Assembly (NCBI GenBank): GCA_030265395.1
Contig: JARFYF010000050.1
Span: forward strand, 29,913,632-29,977,631
DNA length: 64,000 bases
Direction: 5' to 3'
Origin: Rhina ancylostomus
Lineage: Eukaryota
In this document: positions 62,601 to 64,000 of the stretch, in pieces
How positions within the stretch are numbered: the first letter of the stretch is position 1
Layout of the letters: each line of letters begins with the position of its first letter
The notes under the pieces: generated by a model
Database searches by the model: none
What the model was told of the DNA's origin: nothing
What the model saw: the letters and a program-made list of their open reading frames with translations, nothing else
Made by a program: the position numbers and the translations under genes

Positions 62601-64000
62601 AAATTCCTTTATTTATATCCTTTGTTACATTAAACAGCCACAAAAATAAATGCGTTCGCTATATCAGATCTTTCGATTCGCCGCCTTGTGTTTTTCACTT
62701 CATGGTTACTGTGATTTTATACCTTCAACTGTAAGAATTTCCAAGCAGGAAGTGTTCTTTCTGCTGGGAAATCGGTGGAGCTTCTGACTCTCGTGTCTCT
62801 TGTCACTGTGTATTCCTCAGATGTACATCAGATCCCATGCATTCTATATTCTGTGAAAGCTTACGTCGCTTGTCACTATAATGGACAAGTGGCCAATTTT
62901 AAAGTGTCCATCAGTAAACTGAAGCACCTAACTTGGATTAATCATGTGAATTTCTGATTGGATTTACATCATCCACACCTGAGGTGTGAGCATGCACAGA
63001 TATTGAGAAAGCAACAGCCTGTATAACATGATGGGTTCAGGAAACTGCCACGTGCTAAGCTTCCCAGTGCAAATGTGTTGAAGTAATAAGAGCTTAGCAG
63101 GAACCCACACAGACTATCTGAAGCTGAGTAATGTGGAATTGCCCCCTTCCTCAACATGGGCAGGAGAAGTGTATCTGCAAGAAGAACCCCAGTTTGCTTA
63201 ATTGGTGAATCACTTGGGAAAATTGTAAAATAGGGTTGATAATAGTCTTCCTTTCATTCTAATTTACTATCACCAAAGCTATTTATAGGGTGGTCCATTT
63301 GATGATTATATATCAGTTGCCTAAGGTCAACTGTTCGTCCTTCAGTTTGTTTAGAAAAGCAATGTGATCCTTTTCTCATGGAGGGAAACACAGACATTAG
63401 CTCATAAATGTTTATGTGTCTTAGTGGTGTTTCCTGAGCTGTGGCAGCATAGTGCTGGAGATCTCTTCAGACCAAGTGTGTGTAGGCGGCTGACGAGGCC
63501 AAAGTGACCATGTGATATTTCTGAAGTAATGGATGATGGCCTGAACTTGAAAACTGAAGGAACATCTTCATCATTTAGCTCATTTTCATTCAAAATAATA
63601 CTGTAAAATGCCAATGCTGGTTGTCTACCTGGGCAGGATGTGTCTCTTCTTGCATCTGATATTCGCATTGTAAAACAGCCTGCTTTTCGATTTAGTATAT
63701 TTTGATTCTGAAGTGATTGAGCAAACAAATTAGTCTATTTAATTTCATTGAGGTAAATATTTATCATAAGCGCCTATTTTAAACGTAGGTCTTTCCTGCA
63801 AGACTCAAAGCAAAGGCAACTTGGAATCCATGGGATCTCCATATGTGAGCTCGCATCTAGACCAAAGCACTTTGCAGAAATGAGGTCAGGTTTGATGACT
63901 TAAGAAATGATGTCTCGATGTCTCAATGTCTCAGGCTGCTGAGAAGTATACACTTTGACAAGCAGTTTTTTCCTACACAAATCAAAAAAAATGTCCAAAT

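Larger units (their letters stand above)
54613..64000 (+). other. MYOCD: MYOCD intron 2 (partial, runs off the window)
   Basis: Starts gtaagt. By eye I found no exon encoding the expected continuation (PLK.PA.FHEQ-like) before the window end. Confidence 0.8.

Noticed and set aside
141-63728. ORFs in the supplied six-frame track
   Set aside because: Short, often with non-ATG starts or spanning Ns, and no recognisable host protein. Those with motifs (141, 7903, 30500) are CR1 or Penelope debris. The real exons are too short to appear in the track.
47595-63934. Small direct repeats (47595-47640, 56068-56093, 56978-57016, 57986-58020, 63909-63933)
   Set aside because: Two or three units of 8-22 bp, ordinary slippage. 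No repeat-spacer array, and CRISPR does not apply to this vertebrate DNA.

Overview
Vertebrate genomic DNA: AT-rich, CpG-depleted and dense in old retroelements. The repeat set (CR1, L2, RTE and Rex1/Babar-like LINEs, V-SINEs, Deu-type SINEs, Penelope remnants) points to a cartilaginous fish, probably a batoid; this is inference. The only protein-coding gene I can support is the 5' end of myocardin (MYOCD) on the + strand. Coding exon 1 is 44048-44102 (MTLLGSEHSLLIRSKFRS) and exon 2 is 54547-54612 (VLQLRLQQRRTREQLADQGIMP, RPEL1). A CpG-rich promoter region precedes them (~41800-43850), and I did not find exon 3 in the window. Neither exon appears in the supplied ORF track, whose ORFs look like noise or transposon debris. 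The upstream ~41 kb has no recognisable gene. Most interesting observations: (1) a dense cardiac TF motif cluster ~34 kb upstream, with adjacent splice signals suggesting a non-coding transcript; (2) a family of fold-back Penelope-derived elements with decayed minimal hammerhead-ribozyme motifs; (3) a speculative stop-containing cassette exon resembling the smooth-muscle exon 2a; (4) local duplications and a CR1 with 5'-inversion geometry. I found no convincing wholly new biological system. Repeat boundaries and family names are by eye and approximate.
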